DNA from: Balanoglossus misakiensis
Taxonomy: Eukaryota; Animalia; Hemichordata
Length of the DNA: 64,000 nt
Direction: 5' to 3'
Assembly (NCBI GenBank): GCA_040954595.2
Contig: CM082598.2
Location: forward strand, 3,231,154 to 3,295,153
This document shows, in pieces, positions 13,901 to 27,400 of this stretch. The notes beneath the pieces are model-generated. The model was not told the DNA's origin. It did not search any database and saw nothing but the letters and a program-made list of their open reading frames with translations. Position 1 is the first letter of the stretch. The number at the start of each line of letters is the position of its first letter. The translations under genes were made by a program, and so were the position numbers.

Positions 13901-16900
13901 AAAAATCATGGGTTATAGCCCATGATTTTCATCAAAAAATCACAATTTTCCGACTTTTTTAATTTTCAAAATTTGGCCATTTTTCACAAAAATCATGGGT
14001 TATAGCCCATGATTTTCATCAAAAAATCACAATTTTCCGACTTTTTTAATTTTCAAAATTTGGCCATTTTTCACAAAAATCATGGGTTATAGCCCATGAT
14101 TTTCATCAAAAAATCACAATTTTCCGACTTTTTTAATTTTCAAAATTTGGCCATTTTTCACAAAAATCATGGGTTATAGCCCATGATTTTCATCAAAAAA
14201 TCACAATTTTCCGACTTTTTTAATTTTCAAAATTTGGCCATTTTTCACAAAATCATGGGTTATAGCCCATGATTTTCATCAAAAAATCACAATTTTCCGA
14301 CTTTTTTAATTTTCAAAATTTGGCCATTTTTCACAAAAATCATGGGTTATAGCCCATGATTTTCATCAAAAAATCACAATTTTCCGATTTTTTTAATTTT
14401 CAAAATTTGGCCATTTTTCACAAAAATCATGGGTTATAGCCCATGATTTTCATCAAAAAATCACAATTTTCCGACTTTTTTAATTTTCAAAATTTGGCCA
14501 TTTTTCACAAAAATCATGGGTTATAGCCCATGATTTTCATCAAAAAATCACAATTTTCCGACTTTTTTAATTTTCAAAATTTGGCCATTTTTCACAAAAA
14601 TCATGGGTTATAGCCCATGATTTTCATCAAAAAATCACAATTTTCCGACTTTTTTAATTTTCAAAATTTGGCCATTTTTCACAAAAATCATGGGTTAGAG
14701 CCCATGATTTTCATCAAAAAATCACAATTTTCCGACTTTTTTAATTTTCAAAATTTGGCCATTTTTCACAAAAATCATGGGTTATAGCCCATGATTTTCA
14801 TCAAAAAATCACAATTTTCCGACTTTTTTAATTTTCAAAATTTGGCCATTTTTCACAAAAATCATGGGTTAGAGCCCATGATTTTCATCAAAAAATCACA
14901 ATTTTCCGACTTTTTTAATTTTCAAAATTTGGCCATTTTTCACAAAAATCATGGGTTATAGCCCATGAAAATCATCAAAAAATCACAATTTTCCGACTTT
15001 TTTAATTTTCAAAATTTGGCCATTTTTCACAAAAATCATGGGTTATAGCCCATGATTTTCATCAAAAAATCACAATTTTCCGACTTTTTTAATTTTCAAA
15101 ATTTGGCCATTTTTCACAAAAATCATGGGATATATCCCATGATTTTCATCAAAAAATCACAATTTTCCGACTTTTTTAATTTTCAAAATTTGGCCATTTT
15201 TCACAAAAATCATGGGTTATAGCCCATGATTTTCATCAAAAAATCACAATTTTCCGACTTTTTTAATTTTCAAAATTTGGCCATTTTTCACAAAAATCAT
15301 GGGTTATAGCCCATGATTTTCATCAAAAAATCACAATTTTCCGACTTTTTTAATTTTCAAAATTTGGCCATTTTTCACAAAAATCATGGGTTATAGCCCA
15401 TGAAAATCATCAAAAAATCACAATTTTCCGACTTTTTTAATTTTCAAAATTTGGCCATTTTTCACAAAAATCATGGGTTATAGCCCATGATTTTCATCAA
15501 AAAATCACAATTTTCCGACTTTTTTAATTTTCAAAATTTGGCCATTTTTCACAAAAATCATGGGTTATAGCCCATGATTTTCATCAAAAAATCACAATTT
15601 TCCGACTTTTTTAATTTTCAAAATTTGGCCATTTTTCACAAAAATCATGGGTTATAGCCCATGATTTTCATCAAAAAATCACAATTTTCCGACTTTTTTA
15701 ATTTTCAAAATTTGGCCATTTTTCACAAAAATCATGGGTTATAGCCCATGATTTTCATCAAAAAATCACAATTTTCCGACTTTTTTAATTTTCAAAATTT
15801 GGCCATTTTTCACAAAAATCATGGGTTATAGCCCATGAAAATCATCAAAAAATCACAATTTTCCGACTTTTTTAATTTTCAAAATTTGGCAATTTTTCAC
15901 AAAAATCATGGGTTAGAGCCCATGATTTTCATCAAAAAATCACAATTTTCCGACTTTTTTAATTTTCAAAATTTGGCCATTTTTCACAAAAATCATGGGT
16001 TATAGCCCATGATTTTCATCAAAAAATCACAATTTTCCGACTTTTTTAATTTTCAAAATTTGGCCATTTTTCACAAAAATCATGGGTTATAGCCCATGAT
16101 TTTCATCAAAAAATCACAATTTTCCGATTTTTTTAATTTTCAAAATTTGGCAATTTTTCACAAAAATCATGGGTTATAGCCCATGATTTTCATCAAAAAA
16201 ACACAATTTTCCGACTTTTTTAATTTTCAAAATTTGGCCATTTTTCACAAAAATCATGGGTTATAGCCCATGATTTTCATCAAAAAATCACAATTTTCCG
16301 ACTTTTTTAATTTTCAAAATTTGGCCATTTTTCACAAAAATCATGGGTTAGAGCCCATGATTTTCATCAAAAAATCACAATTTTCCGACTTTTTTAATTT
16401 TCAAAATTTGGCCATTTTTCACAAAAATCATGGGTTATAGCCCATGATTTTCATCAAAAAATCACAATTTTCCGACTTTTTTAATTTTCAAAATTTGGCC
16501 ATTTTTCACAAAAATCATGGGTTAGAGCCCATGATTTTCATCAAAAAATCACAATTTTCCGACTTTTTTAATTTTCAAAATTTGGCCATTTTTCACAAAA
16601 ATCATGGGTTATAGCCCATGATTTTCATCAAAAAATCACAATTTTCCGACTTTTTTAATTTTCAAAATTTGGCCATTTTTCACAAAAATCATGGGTTATA
16701 GCCCATGATTTTCATCAAAAAATCACAATTTTCCGACTTTTTTAATTTTCAAAATTTGGCCATTTTTCACAAAAATCATGGGTTAGAGCCCATGATTTTC
16801 ATCAAAAAATCACAATTTTCCGACTTTTTTAATTTTCAAAATTTGGCCATTTTTCACAAAAATCATGGGTTATAGCCCATGATTTTCATCAAAAAATCAC

Positions 16901-19900
16901 AATTTTCCGACTTTTTTAATTTTCAAAATTTGGCCATTTTTCACAAAAATCATGGGTTATAGCCCATGATTTTCATCAAAAAATCACAATTTTCCGACTT
17001 TTTTAATTTTCAAAATTTGGCCATTTTTCACAAAAATCATGGGTTATAGCCCATGATTTTCATCAAAAAATCACAATTTTCCGACTTTTTTAATTTTCAA
17101 AATTTGGCCATTTTTCACAAAAATCATGGGTTATAGCCCATGATTTTCATCAAAAAATCACAATTTTCCGACTTTTTTAATTTTCAAAATTTGGCCATTT
17201 TTCACAAAAATCATGGGTAATAGCCCATGATTTTCATCAAAAAATCACAATTTTCCGACTTTTTTAATTTTCAAAATTTGGCAATTTTTCACAAAAATCA
17301 TGGGTTAGAGCCCATGATTTTCATCAAAAAATCACAATTTTCCGACTTTTTTAATTTTCAAAATTTGGCCATTTTTCACAAAAATCATGGGTTATAGCCC
17401 ATGATTTTCATCAAAAAATCACAATTTTCCGACTTTTTTAATTTTCAAAATTTGGCCATTTTTCACAAAAATCATGGGTTATAGCCCATGATTTTCATCA
17501 AAAAATCACAATTTTCCGACTTTTTTAATTTTCAAAATTTGGCCATTTTTCACAAAAATCATGGGTTATAGCCCATGATTTTCATCAAAAAATCACAATT
17601 TTCCGACTTTTTTAATTTTCAAAATTTGGCCATTTTTCACAAAAATCATGGGTTATAGCCCATGATTTTCATCAAAAAATCACAATTTTCCGACTTTTTT
17701 AATTTTCAAAATTTGGCCATTTTTCACAAAAATCATGGGTTATAGCCCATGATTTTCATCAAAAAATCACAATTTTCCGACTTTTTTAATTTTCAAAATT
17801 TGGCCATTTTTCACAAAAATCATGGGTTATAGCCCATGATTTTCATCAAAAAATCACAATTTTCCGACTTTTTTAATTTTCAAAATTTGGCCATTTTTCA
17901 CAAAATCATGGGTTATAGCCCATGATTTTCATCAAAAAATCACAATTTTCCGACTTTTTTAATTTTCAAAATTTGGCCATTTTTCACAAAAATCATGGGT
18001 TATAGCCCATGATTTTCATCAAAAAATCACAATTTTCCGATTTTTTTAATTTTCAAAATTTGGCCATTTTTCACAAAAATCATGGGTTATAGCCCATGAT
18101 TTTCATCAAAAAATCACAATTTTCCGACTTTTTTAATTTTCAAAATTTGGCCATTTTTCACAAAAATCATGGGTTATAGCCCATGATTTTCATCAAAAAA
18201 TCACAATTTTCCGACTTTTTTAATTTTCAAAATTTGGCCATTTTTCACAAAAATCATGGGTTAGAGCCCATGATTTTCATCAAAAAATCACAATTTTCCG
18301 ACTTTTTTAATTTTCAAAATTTGGCCATTTTTCACAAAAATCATGGGTTAGAGCCCATGATTTTCATCAAAAAATCACAATTTTCCGACTTTTTTAATTT
18401 TCAAAATTTGGCCATTTTTCACAAAATCATGGGTTATAGCCCATGATTTTCATCAAAAAATCACAATTTTCCGACTTTTTTAATTTTCAAAATTTGGCCA
18501 TTTTTCACAAAAATCATGGGTTATAGCCCATGATTTTCATCAAAAAAATCACAATTTTCCGATTTTTTTAATTTTCAAAATTTGGCCATTTTTCACAAAA
18601 ATCATGGGTTATAGCCCATGATTTTCATCAAAAAATCACAATTTTCCGACTTTTTTAATTTTCAAAATTTGGCCATTTTTCACAAAAATCATGGGTTATA
18701 GCCCATGATTTTCATCAAAAAATCACAATTTTCCGACTTTTTTAATTTTCAAAATTTGGCCATTTTTCACAAAAATCATGGGTTATAGCCCATGATTTTC
18801 ATCAAAAAATCACAATTTTCCGACTTTTTTAATTTTCAAAATTTGGCCATTTTTCACAAAAATCATGGGTTAGAGCCCATGATTTTCATCAAAAAATCAC
18901 AATTTTCCGACTTTTTTAATTTTCAAAATTTGGCCATTTTTCACAAAAATCATGGGTTAGAGCCCATGATTTTCATCAAAAAATCACAATTTTCCGACTT
19001 TTTTAATTTTCAAAATTTGGCCATTTTTCACAAAAATCATGGGTTATAGCCCATGAAAATCATCAAAAAATCACAATTTTCCGACTTTTTTAATTTTCAA
19101 AATTTGGCCATTTTTCACAAAAATCATGGGTTATAGCCCATGATTTTCATCAAAAAATCACAATTTTCCGACTTTTTTAATTTTCAAAATTTGGCCATTT
19201 TTCACAAAAATCATGGGTTATAGCCCATGATTTTCATCAAAAAATCACAATTTTCCGACTTTTTTAATTTTCAAAATTTGGCCATTTTTCACAAAAATCA
19301 TGGGTTATAGCCCATGATTTTCATCAAAAAATCACAATTTTCCGACTTTTTTAATTTTCAAAATTTGGCCATTTTTCACAAAAATCATGGGTTATAGCCC
19401 ATGATTTTCATCAAAAAATCACAATTTTCCGACTTTTTTAATTTTCAAAATTTGGCCATTTTTCACAAAAATCATGGGTTATAGCCCATGATTTTCATCA
19501 AAAAATCACAATTTTCCGACTTTTTTAATTTTCAAAATTTGGCCATTTTTCACAAAAATCATGGGTTATAGCCCATGATTTTCATCAAAAAATCACAATT
19601 TTCCGACTTTTTTAATTTTCAAAATTTGGCCATTTTTCACAAAAATCATGGGTTATAGCCCATGATTTTCATCAAAAAATCACAATTTTCCGACTTTTTT
19701 AATTTTCAAAATTTGGCCATTTTTCACAAAAATCATGGGTTATAGCCCATGATTTTCATCAAAAAATCACAATTTTCCGACTTTTTTAATTTTCAAAATT
19801 TGGCCATTTTTCACAAAAATCATGGGTTATAGCCCATGAAAATCATCAAAAAATCACAATTTTCCGACTTTTTTAATTTTCAAAATTTGGCCATTTTTCA

Positions 19901-22900
19901 CAAAAATCATGGGTTATAGCCCATGAAAATCATCAAAAAATCACAATTTTCCGACTTTTTTAATTTTCAAAATTTGGCCATTTTTCACAAAAATCATGGG
20001 TTATAGCCCATGAAAATCATCAAAAAATCACAATTTTCCGACTTTTTTAATTTTCAAAATTTGGCCATTTTTCACAAAAATCATGGGTTATAGCCCATGA
20101 TTTTCATCAAAAAATCACAATTTTCCGACTTTTTTAATTTTCAAAATTTGGCCATTTTTCACAAAAATCATGGGTTATAGCCCATGATTTTCATCAAAAA
20201 ATCACAATTTTCCGACTTTTTTAATTTTCAAAATTTGGCCATTTTTCACAAAAATCATGGGTTATAGCCCATGAAAATCATCAAAAAATCACAATTTTCC
20301 GACTTTTTTAATTTTCAAAATTTGGCCATTTTTCACAAAAATCATGGGTTATAGCCCATGATTTTCATCAAAAAATCACAATTTTCCGACTTTTTTAATT
20401 TTCAAAATTTGGCCATTTTTCACAAAAATCATGGGTTAAAGCCCATGATTTTCATCAAAAAATCACAATTTTCCGACTTTTTTAATTTTCAAAATTTGGC
20501 CATTTTTCACAAAAATCATGGGTTATAGCCCATGATTTTCATCAAAAAATCACAATTTTCCGACTTTTTTAATTTTCAAAATTTGGCCATTTTTCACAAA
20601 AATCATGGGTTATAGCCCATGATTTTCATCAAAAAATCACAATTTTCCGACTTTTTTAATTTTCAAAATTTGGCCATTTTTCACAAAAATCATGGGTTAT
20701 AGCCCATGATTTTCATCAAAAAATCACAATTTTCCGACTTTTTTAATTTTCAAAATTTGGCCATTTTTCACAAAAATCATGGGTTATAGCCCATGATTTT
20801 CATCAAAAAATCACAATTTTCCGACTTTTTTAATTTTCAAAATTTGGCCATTTTTCACAAAACTCATGGGTTATAGCCCATGAAAATCATCAAAAAATCA
20901 CAATTTTCCGACTTTTTTAATTTTCAAAATTTGGCCATTTTTCACAAAAATCATGGGTTATAGCCCATGATTTTCATCAAAAAATCACAATTTTCCGACT
21001 TTTTTAATTTTCAAAATTTGGCCATTTTTCACAAAAATCATGGGTTATAGCCCATGATTTTCATCAAAAAATCACAATTTTCCGACTTTTTTAATTTTCA
21101 AAATTTGGCCATTTTTCACAAAAATCATGGGTTATAGCCCATGATTTTCATCAAAAAATCACAATTTTCCGACTTTTTTAATTTTCAAAATTTGGCCATT
21201 TTTCACAAAAATCATGGGTTATAGCCCATGATTTTCATCAAAAAATCACAATTTTCCGACTTTTTTAATTTTCAAAATTTGGCCATTTTTCACAAAAATC
21301 ATGGGTTATAGCCCATGATTTTCATCAAAAAATCACAATTTTCCGACTTTTTTAATTTTCAAAATTTGGCCATTTTTCACAAAAATCATGGGTTATAGCC
21401 CATGATTTTCATCAAAAAATCACAATTTTCCGACTTTTTTAATTTTCAAAATTTGGCCATTTTTCACAAAAATCATGGGTTAGAGCCCATGATTTTCATC
21501 AAAAAATCACAATTTTCCGACTTTTTTAATTTTCAAAATTTGGCCATTTTTCACAAAAATCATGGGTTAGAGCCCATGATTTTCATCAAAAAATCACAAT
21601 TTTCCGACTTTTTTAATTTTCAAAATTTGGCCATTTTTCACAAAAATCATGGGTTATAGCCTATGATTTTCATCAAAAAATCACAATTTTCCGACTTTTT
21701 TAATTTTCAAAATTTGGCCATTTTTCACAAAAATCATGGGTTATAGCCCATGATTTTCATCAAAAAATCACAATTTTCCGACTTTTTTAATTTTCAAAAT
21801 TTGGCCATTTTTCACAAAAATCATGGGTTAGAGCCCATGATTTTCATCAAAAAATCACAATTTTCCGACTTTTTTAATTTTCAAAATTTGGCCATTTTTC
21901 ACAAAAATCATGGGTTATAGCCCATGATTTTCATCAAAAAATCACAATTTTCCGACTTTTTTAATTTTCAAAATTTGGCCATTTTTCACAAAAATCATGG
22001 GTTATAGCCCATGATTTTCATCAAAAAATCACAATTTTCCGACTTTTTTAATTTTCAAAATTTGGCCATTTTTCACAAAAATCATGGGTTATAGCCCATG
22101 ATTTTCATCATAAAATCACAATTTTCCGACTTTTTTAATTTTCAAAATTTGGCCATTTTTCACAAAAATCATGGGTTATAGCCCATGATTTTCATCAAAA
22201 AATCACAATTTTCCGACTTTTTTAATTTTCAAAATTTGGCCATTTTTCACAAAAATCATGGGTTAGAGCCCATGATTTTCATCAAAAAATCACAATTTTC
22301 CGACTTTTTTAATTTTCAAAATTTGGCCATTTTTCACAAAAATCATGGGTTATAGCCCATGAAAATCATCAAAAAATCACAATTTTCCGACTTTTTTAAT
22401 TTTCAAAATTTGGCCATTTTTCACAAAAATCATGGGTGATAGCCCATGATTTTCATCAAAAAATCACAATTTTCCGACTTTTTTAATTTTCAAAATTTGG
22501 CCATTTTTCACAAAAATCATGGGTTATAGCCCATGATTTTCATCAAAAAATCACAATTTTCCGACTTTTTTAATTTTCAAAATTTGGCCATTTTTCACAA
22601 AAATCATGGGTTATAGCCCATGATTTTCATCATAAAATCACAATTTTCCGACTTTTTTAATTTTCAAAATTTGGCCATTTTTCACAAAAATCATGGGTTA
22701 TAGCCCATGATTTTCATCAAAAAATCACAATTTTCCGACTTTTTTAATTTTCAAAATTTGGCCATTTTTCACAAAAATCATGGGTTATAGCCCATGATTT
22801 TCATCAAAAAATCACAATTTTCCGACTTTTTTAATTTTCAAAATTTGGCCATTTTTCACAAAAATCATGGGTTAGAGCCCATGATTTTCATCAAAAAATC

Positions 22901-24440
22901 ACAATTTTCCGACTTTTTTAATTTTCAAAATTTGGCCATTTTTCACAAAAATCATGGGTTATAGCCCATGATTTTCATCAAAAAATCACAATTTTCCGAC
23001 TTTTTTAATTTTCAAAATTTGGCCATTTTTCACAAAAATCATGGGTTATAGCCCATGATTTTCATCAAAAAATCACAATTTTCCGACTTTTTTAATTTTC
23101 AAAATTTGGCCATTTTTCACAAAAATCATGGGTTATAGCCCATGATTTTCATCAAAAAATCACAATTTTCCGACTTTTTTAATTTTCAAAATTTGGCCAT
23201 TTTTCACAAAAATCATGGGTTATAGCCCATGATTTTCATCAAAAAATCACAATTTTCCGACTTTTTTAATTTTCAAAATTTGGCCATTTTTCACAAAAAT
23301 CATGGGTTATAGCCCATGATTTTCATCAAAAAATCACAATTTTCCGACTTTTTTAATTTTCAAAATTTGGCCATTTTTCACAAAAATCATGGGTTATAGC
23401 CCATGAAAATCATCAAAAAATCACAATTTTCCGACTTTTTTAATTTTCAAAATTTGGCCATTTTTCACAAAAATCATGGGTTAGAGCCCATGATTTTCAT
23501 CAAAAAATCACAATTTTCCGACTTTTTTAATTTTCAAAATTTGGCCATTTTTCACAAAAATCATGGGTTAGAGCCCATGATTTTCATCAAAAAATCACAA
23601 TTTTCCGACTTTTTTAATTTTCAAAATTTGGCAATTTTTCACAAAAATCATGGGTTATAGCCCATGATTTTCATCAAAAAATCACAATTTTCCGACTTTT
23701 TTAATTTTCAAAATTTGGCCATTTTTCACAAAAATCATGGGTTATAGCCCATGATTTTCATCAAAAAATCACAATTTTCCGACTTTTTTAATTTTCAAAA
23801 TTTGGCCATTTTTCACAAAAATCATGGGTTATAGCCCATGATTTTCATCAAAAAATCACAATTTTCCGATTTTTTTAATTTTCAAAATTTGGCCATTTTT
23901 CACAAAAATCATGGGTTATAGCCCATGATTTTCATCAGAAAATCACAATTTTCCGACTTTTTTAATTTTCAAAATTTGGCCATTTTTCACAAAAATCATG
24001 GGTTATAGCCCATGATTTTCATCAAAAAATCACAATTTTCCGACTTTTTTAATTTTCAAAATTTGGCCATTTTTCACAAAAATCATGGGTTAGAGCCCAT
24101 GATTTTCATCAAAAAATCACAATTTTCCGACTTTTTTAATTTTCAAAATTTGGCCATTTTTCACAAAAATCATGGGTTAGAGCCCATGATTTTCATCAAA
24201 AAATCACAATTTTCCGACTTTTTTAATTTTCAAAATTTGGCCATTTTTCACAAAAATCATGGGTTAGAGCCCATGATTTTCATCAAAAAATCACAATTTT
24301 CCGACTTTTTTAATTTTCAAAATTTGGCCATTTTTCACAAAAATCATGGGTTATAGCCCATGAAAATCATCAAAAAATCACAATTTTCCGACTTTTTTAA
24401 TTTTCAAAATTTGGCCATTTTTCACAAAAATCATGGGCTA
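10961..24440 (-). repeat. 87-bp satellite, subfamily B, inverted relative to A (~155 highly homogeneous units)
   Basis: Plus-strand unit gcccatgattttcatcaaaaaatcacaattttccgacttttttaattttcaaaatttggccatttttcacaaaaatcatgggttata; its reverse complement matches A at ~67/87 positions ungapped. Confidence 0.97.
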
Positions 24441-27400
24441 TAACCCATGATTTTTGTGAAAAATGGCCAAATTTTGAAAATTAAAAAAGTCGGAAAATTG
24501 TGATTTTTTGATGAAAATCATGGGCTCTAACCCATGATTTTTGTGAAAAATGGCCAAATTTTGAAAATTAAAAAAGTCGGAAAATTGTGATTTTTTGATG
24601 AAAATCATGGGCTATAACCCATGATTTTTGTGAAAAATGGCCAAATTTTGAAAATTAAAAAAGTCGGAAAATTGTGATTTTTTGATGAAAATCATGGGCT
24701 ATAACCCATGATTTTTGTGAAAAATGGCCAAATTTTGAAAATTAAAAAAGTCGGAAAATTGTGATTTTTTGATGAAAATCATGGGCTATAACCCATGATT
24801 TTTGTGAAAAATGGCCAAATTTTGAAAATTAAAAAAGTCGGAAAATTGTGATTTTTTGATGAAAATCATGGGCTATAACCCATGATTTTTGTGAAAAATT
24901 GCCAAATTTTGAAAATTAAAAAAGTCGGAAAATTGTGATTTTTTGATGAAAATCATGGGCTCTAACCCATGATTTTTGTGAAAAATGGCCAAATTTTGAA
25001 AATTAAAAAAGTCGGAAAATTGTGATTTTTTGATGAAAATCATGGGCTATAACCCATGATTTTTGTGAAAAATGGCCAAATTTTAAAAATTAAAAAAGTC
25101 GGAAAATTGTGATTTTTTGATGAAAATCATGGGCTATAACCCATGATTTTTGTGAAAAATGGCCAAATTTTGAAAATTAAAAAAGTCGGAAAATTGTGAT
25201 TTTTTGATGAAAATCATGGGCTATAACCCATGATTTTTGTGAAAAATGGCCAAATTTTGAAAATTAAAAAAGTCGGAAAATTGTGATTTTTTGATGAAAA
25301 TCATGGGCTATAACCCATGATTTTTGTGAAAAATGGCCAAATTTTGAAAATTAAAAAAGTCGGAAAATTGTGATTTTTTGATGAAAATCATGGGCTATAA
25401 CCCATGATTTTTGTGAAAAATGGCCAAATTTTGAAAATTAAAAAAGTCGGAAAATTGTGATTTTTTGATGAAAATCATGGGCTATAACCCATGATTTTTG
25501 TGAAAAATGGCCAAATTTTGAAAATTAAAAAAGTCGGAAAATTGTGATTTTTTGATGAAAATCATGGGCTATAACCCATGATTTTTGTGAAAAATGGCCA
25601 AATTTTGAAAATTAAAAAAGTCGGAAAATTGTGATTTTTTGATGAAAATCATGGGCTATAACCCATGATTTTTGTGAAAAATGGCCAAATTTTGAAAATT
25701 AAAAAAGTCGGAAAATTGTGATTTTTTGATGAAAATCATGTGCTCTAACCCATGATTTTTGTGAAAAATGGCCAAATTTTGAAAATTAAAAAAGTCGGAA
25801 AATTGTGATTTTTTGATGAAAATCATGGGCTATAACCCATGATTTTTGTGAAAAATGGCCAAATTTTGAAAATTAAAAAAGTCGGAAAATTGTGATTTTT
25901 TGATGAAAATCATGGGCTATAACCCATGATTTTTGTGAAAAATGGCCAAATTTTGAAAATTAAAAAAGTCGGAAAATTGTGATTTTTTGATGAAAATCAT
26001 GGGCTATAACCCATGATTTTTGTGAAAAATGGCCAAATTTTGAAAATTAAAAAAGTCGGAAAATTGTGATTTTTTGATGAAAATCATGGGCTATAACCCA
26101 TGATTTTTGTGAAAAATGGCCAAATTTTGAAAATTAAAAAAGTCGGAAAATTGTGATTTTTTGATGAAAATCATGGGCTATAACCCATGATTTTTGTGAA
26201 AAATGGCCAAATTTTGAAAATTAAAAAAGTCGGAAAATTGTGATTTTTTGATGAAAATCATGGGCTATAACACATGATTTTTGTGAAAAATGGCCAAATT
26301 TTGAAAATTAAAAAAGTCGGAAAATTGTGATTTTTTGATGAAAATCATGGGCTATAACCCATGATTTTTGTGAAAAATGGCCAAATTTTGAAAATTAAAA
26401 AAGTCGGAAAATTGTGATTTTTTGATGAAAATCATGGGCTATAACCCATGATTTTTGTGAAAAATGGCCAAATTTTGAAAATTAAAAAAGTCGGAAAATT
26501 GTGATTTTTTGATGAAAATCATGGGCTATAACCCATGATTTTTGTGAAAATGGCCAAATTTTGAAAATTAAAAAAGTCGGAAAATTGTGATTTTTTGATG
26601 AAAATCATGGGCTATAACCCATGATTTTTGTGAAAAATGGCCAAATTTTGAAAATTAAAAAAGTCGGAAAATTGTGATTTTTTGATGAAAATCATGGGCT
26701 ATAACCCATGATTTTTGTGAAAAATGGCCAAATTTTGAAAATTAAAAAAGTCGGAAAATTGTGATTTTTTGATGAAAATCATGGGCTCTAACCCATGATT
26801 TTTGTGAAAAATGGCCAAATTTTGAAAATTAAAAAAGTCGGAAAATTGTGATTTTTTGATGAAAATCATGGGCTATAACCCATGATTTTTGTGAAAAATT
26901 GCCAAATTTTGAAAATTAAAAAAGTCGGAAAATTGTGATTTTTTGATGATTTTCATGGGCTATAACCCATGATTTTTGTGAAAAATTGCCAAATTTTGAA
27001 AATTAAAAAAGTCGGAAAATTGTGATTTTTTGATGATTTTCATGGGCTATAACCCATGATTTTTGTGAAAAATGGCCAAATTTTGAAAATTAAAAAAGTC
27101 GGAAAATTGTGATTTTTTGATGAAAATCATGGGCTATAACCCATGATTTTTGTGAAAAATGGCCAAATTTTGAAAATTAAAAAAGTCGGAAAATTGTGAT
27201 TTTTTGATGATTTTCATGGGCTATAACCCATGATTTTTGTGAAAAATGGCCAAATTTTGAAAATTAAAAAAGTCGGAAAATTGTGATTTTTTGATGATTT
27301 TCATGGGCTATAACCCATGATTTTTGTGAAAAATGGCCAAATTTTGAAAATTAAAAAAGTCGGAAAATTGTGATTTTTTGATGAAAATCATGGGCTATAA

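Noticed and set aside
11576-24356. Plus-strand ORFs MIFIKKSQFSDFFNFQNLAIFHKNHGLEP
   Set aside because: They appear only where the TAG-to-GAG spacer variant removes the stop in consecutive units.
24000-24900. Palindrome as a foldback chimeric-read artefact
   Set aside because: Unit variants on the two arms are not mirror images; an assembly mis-join still cannot be excluded without reads.
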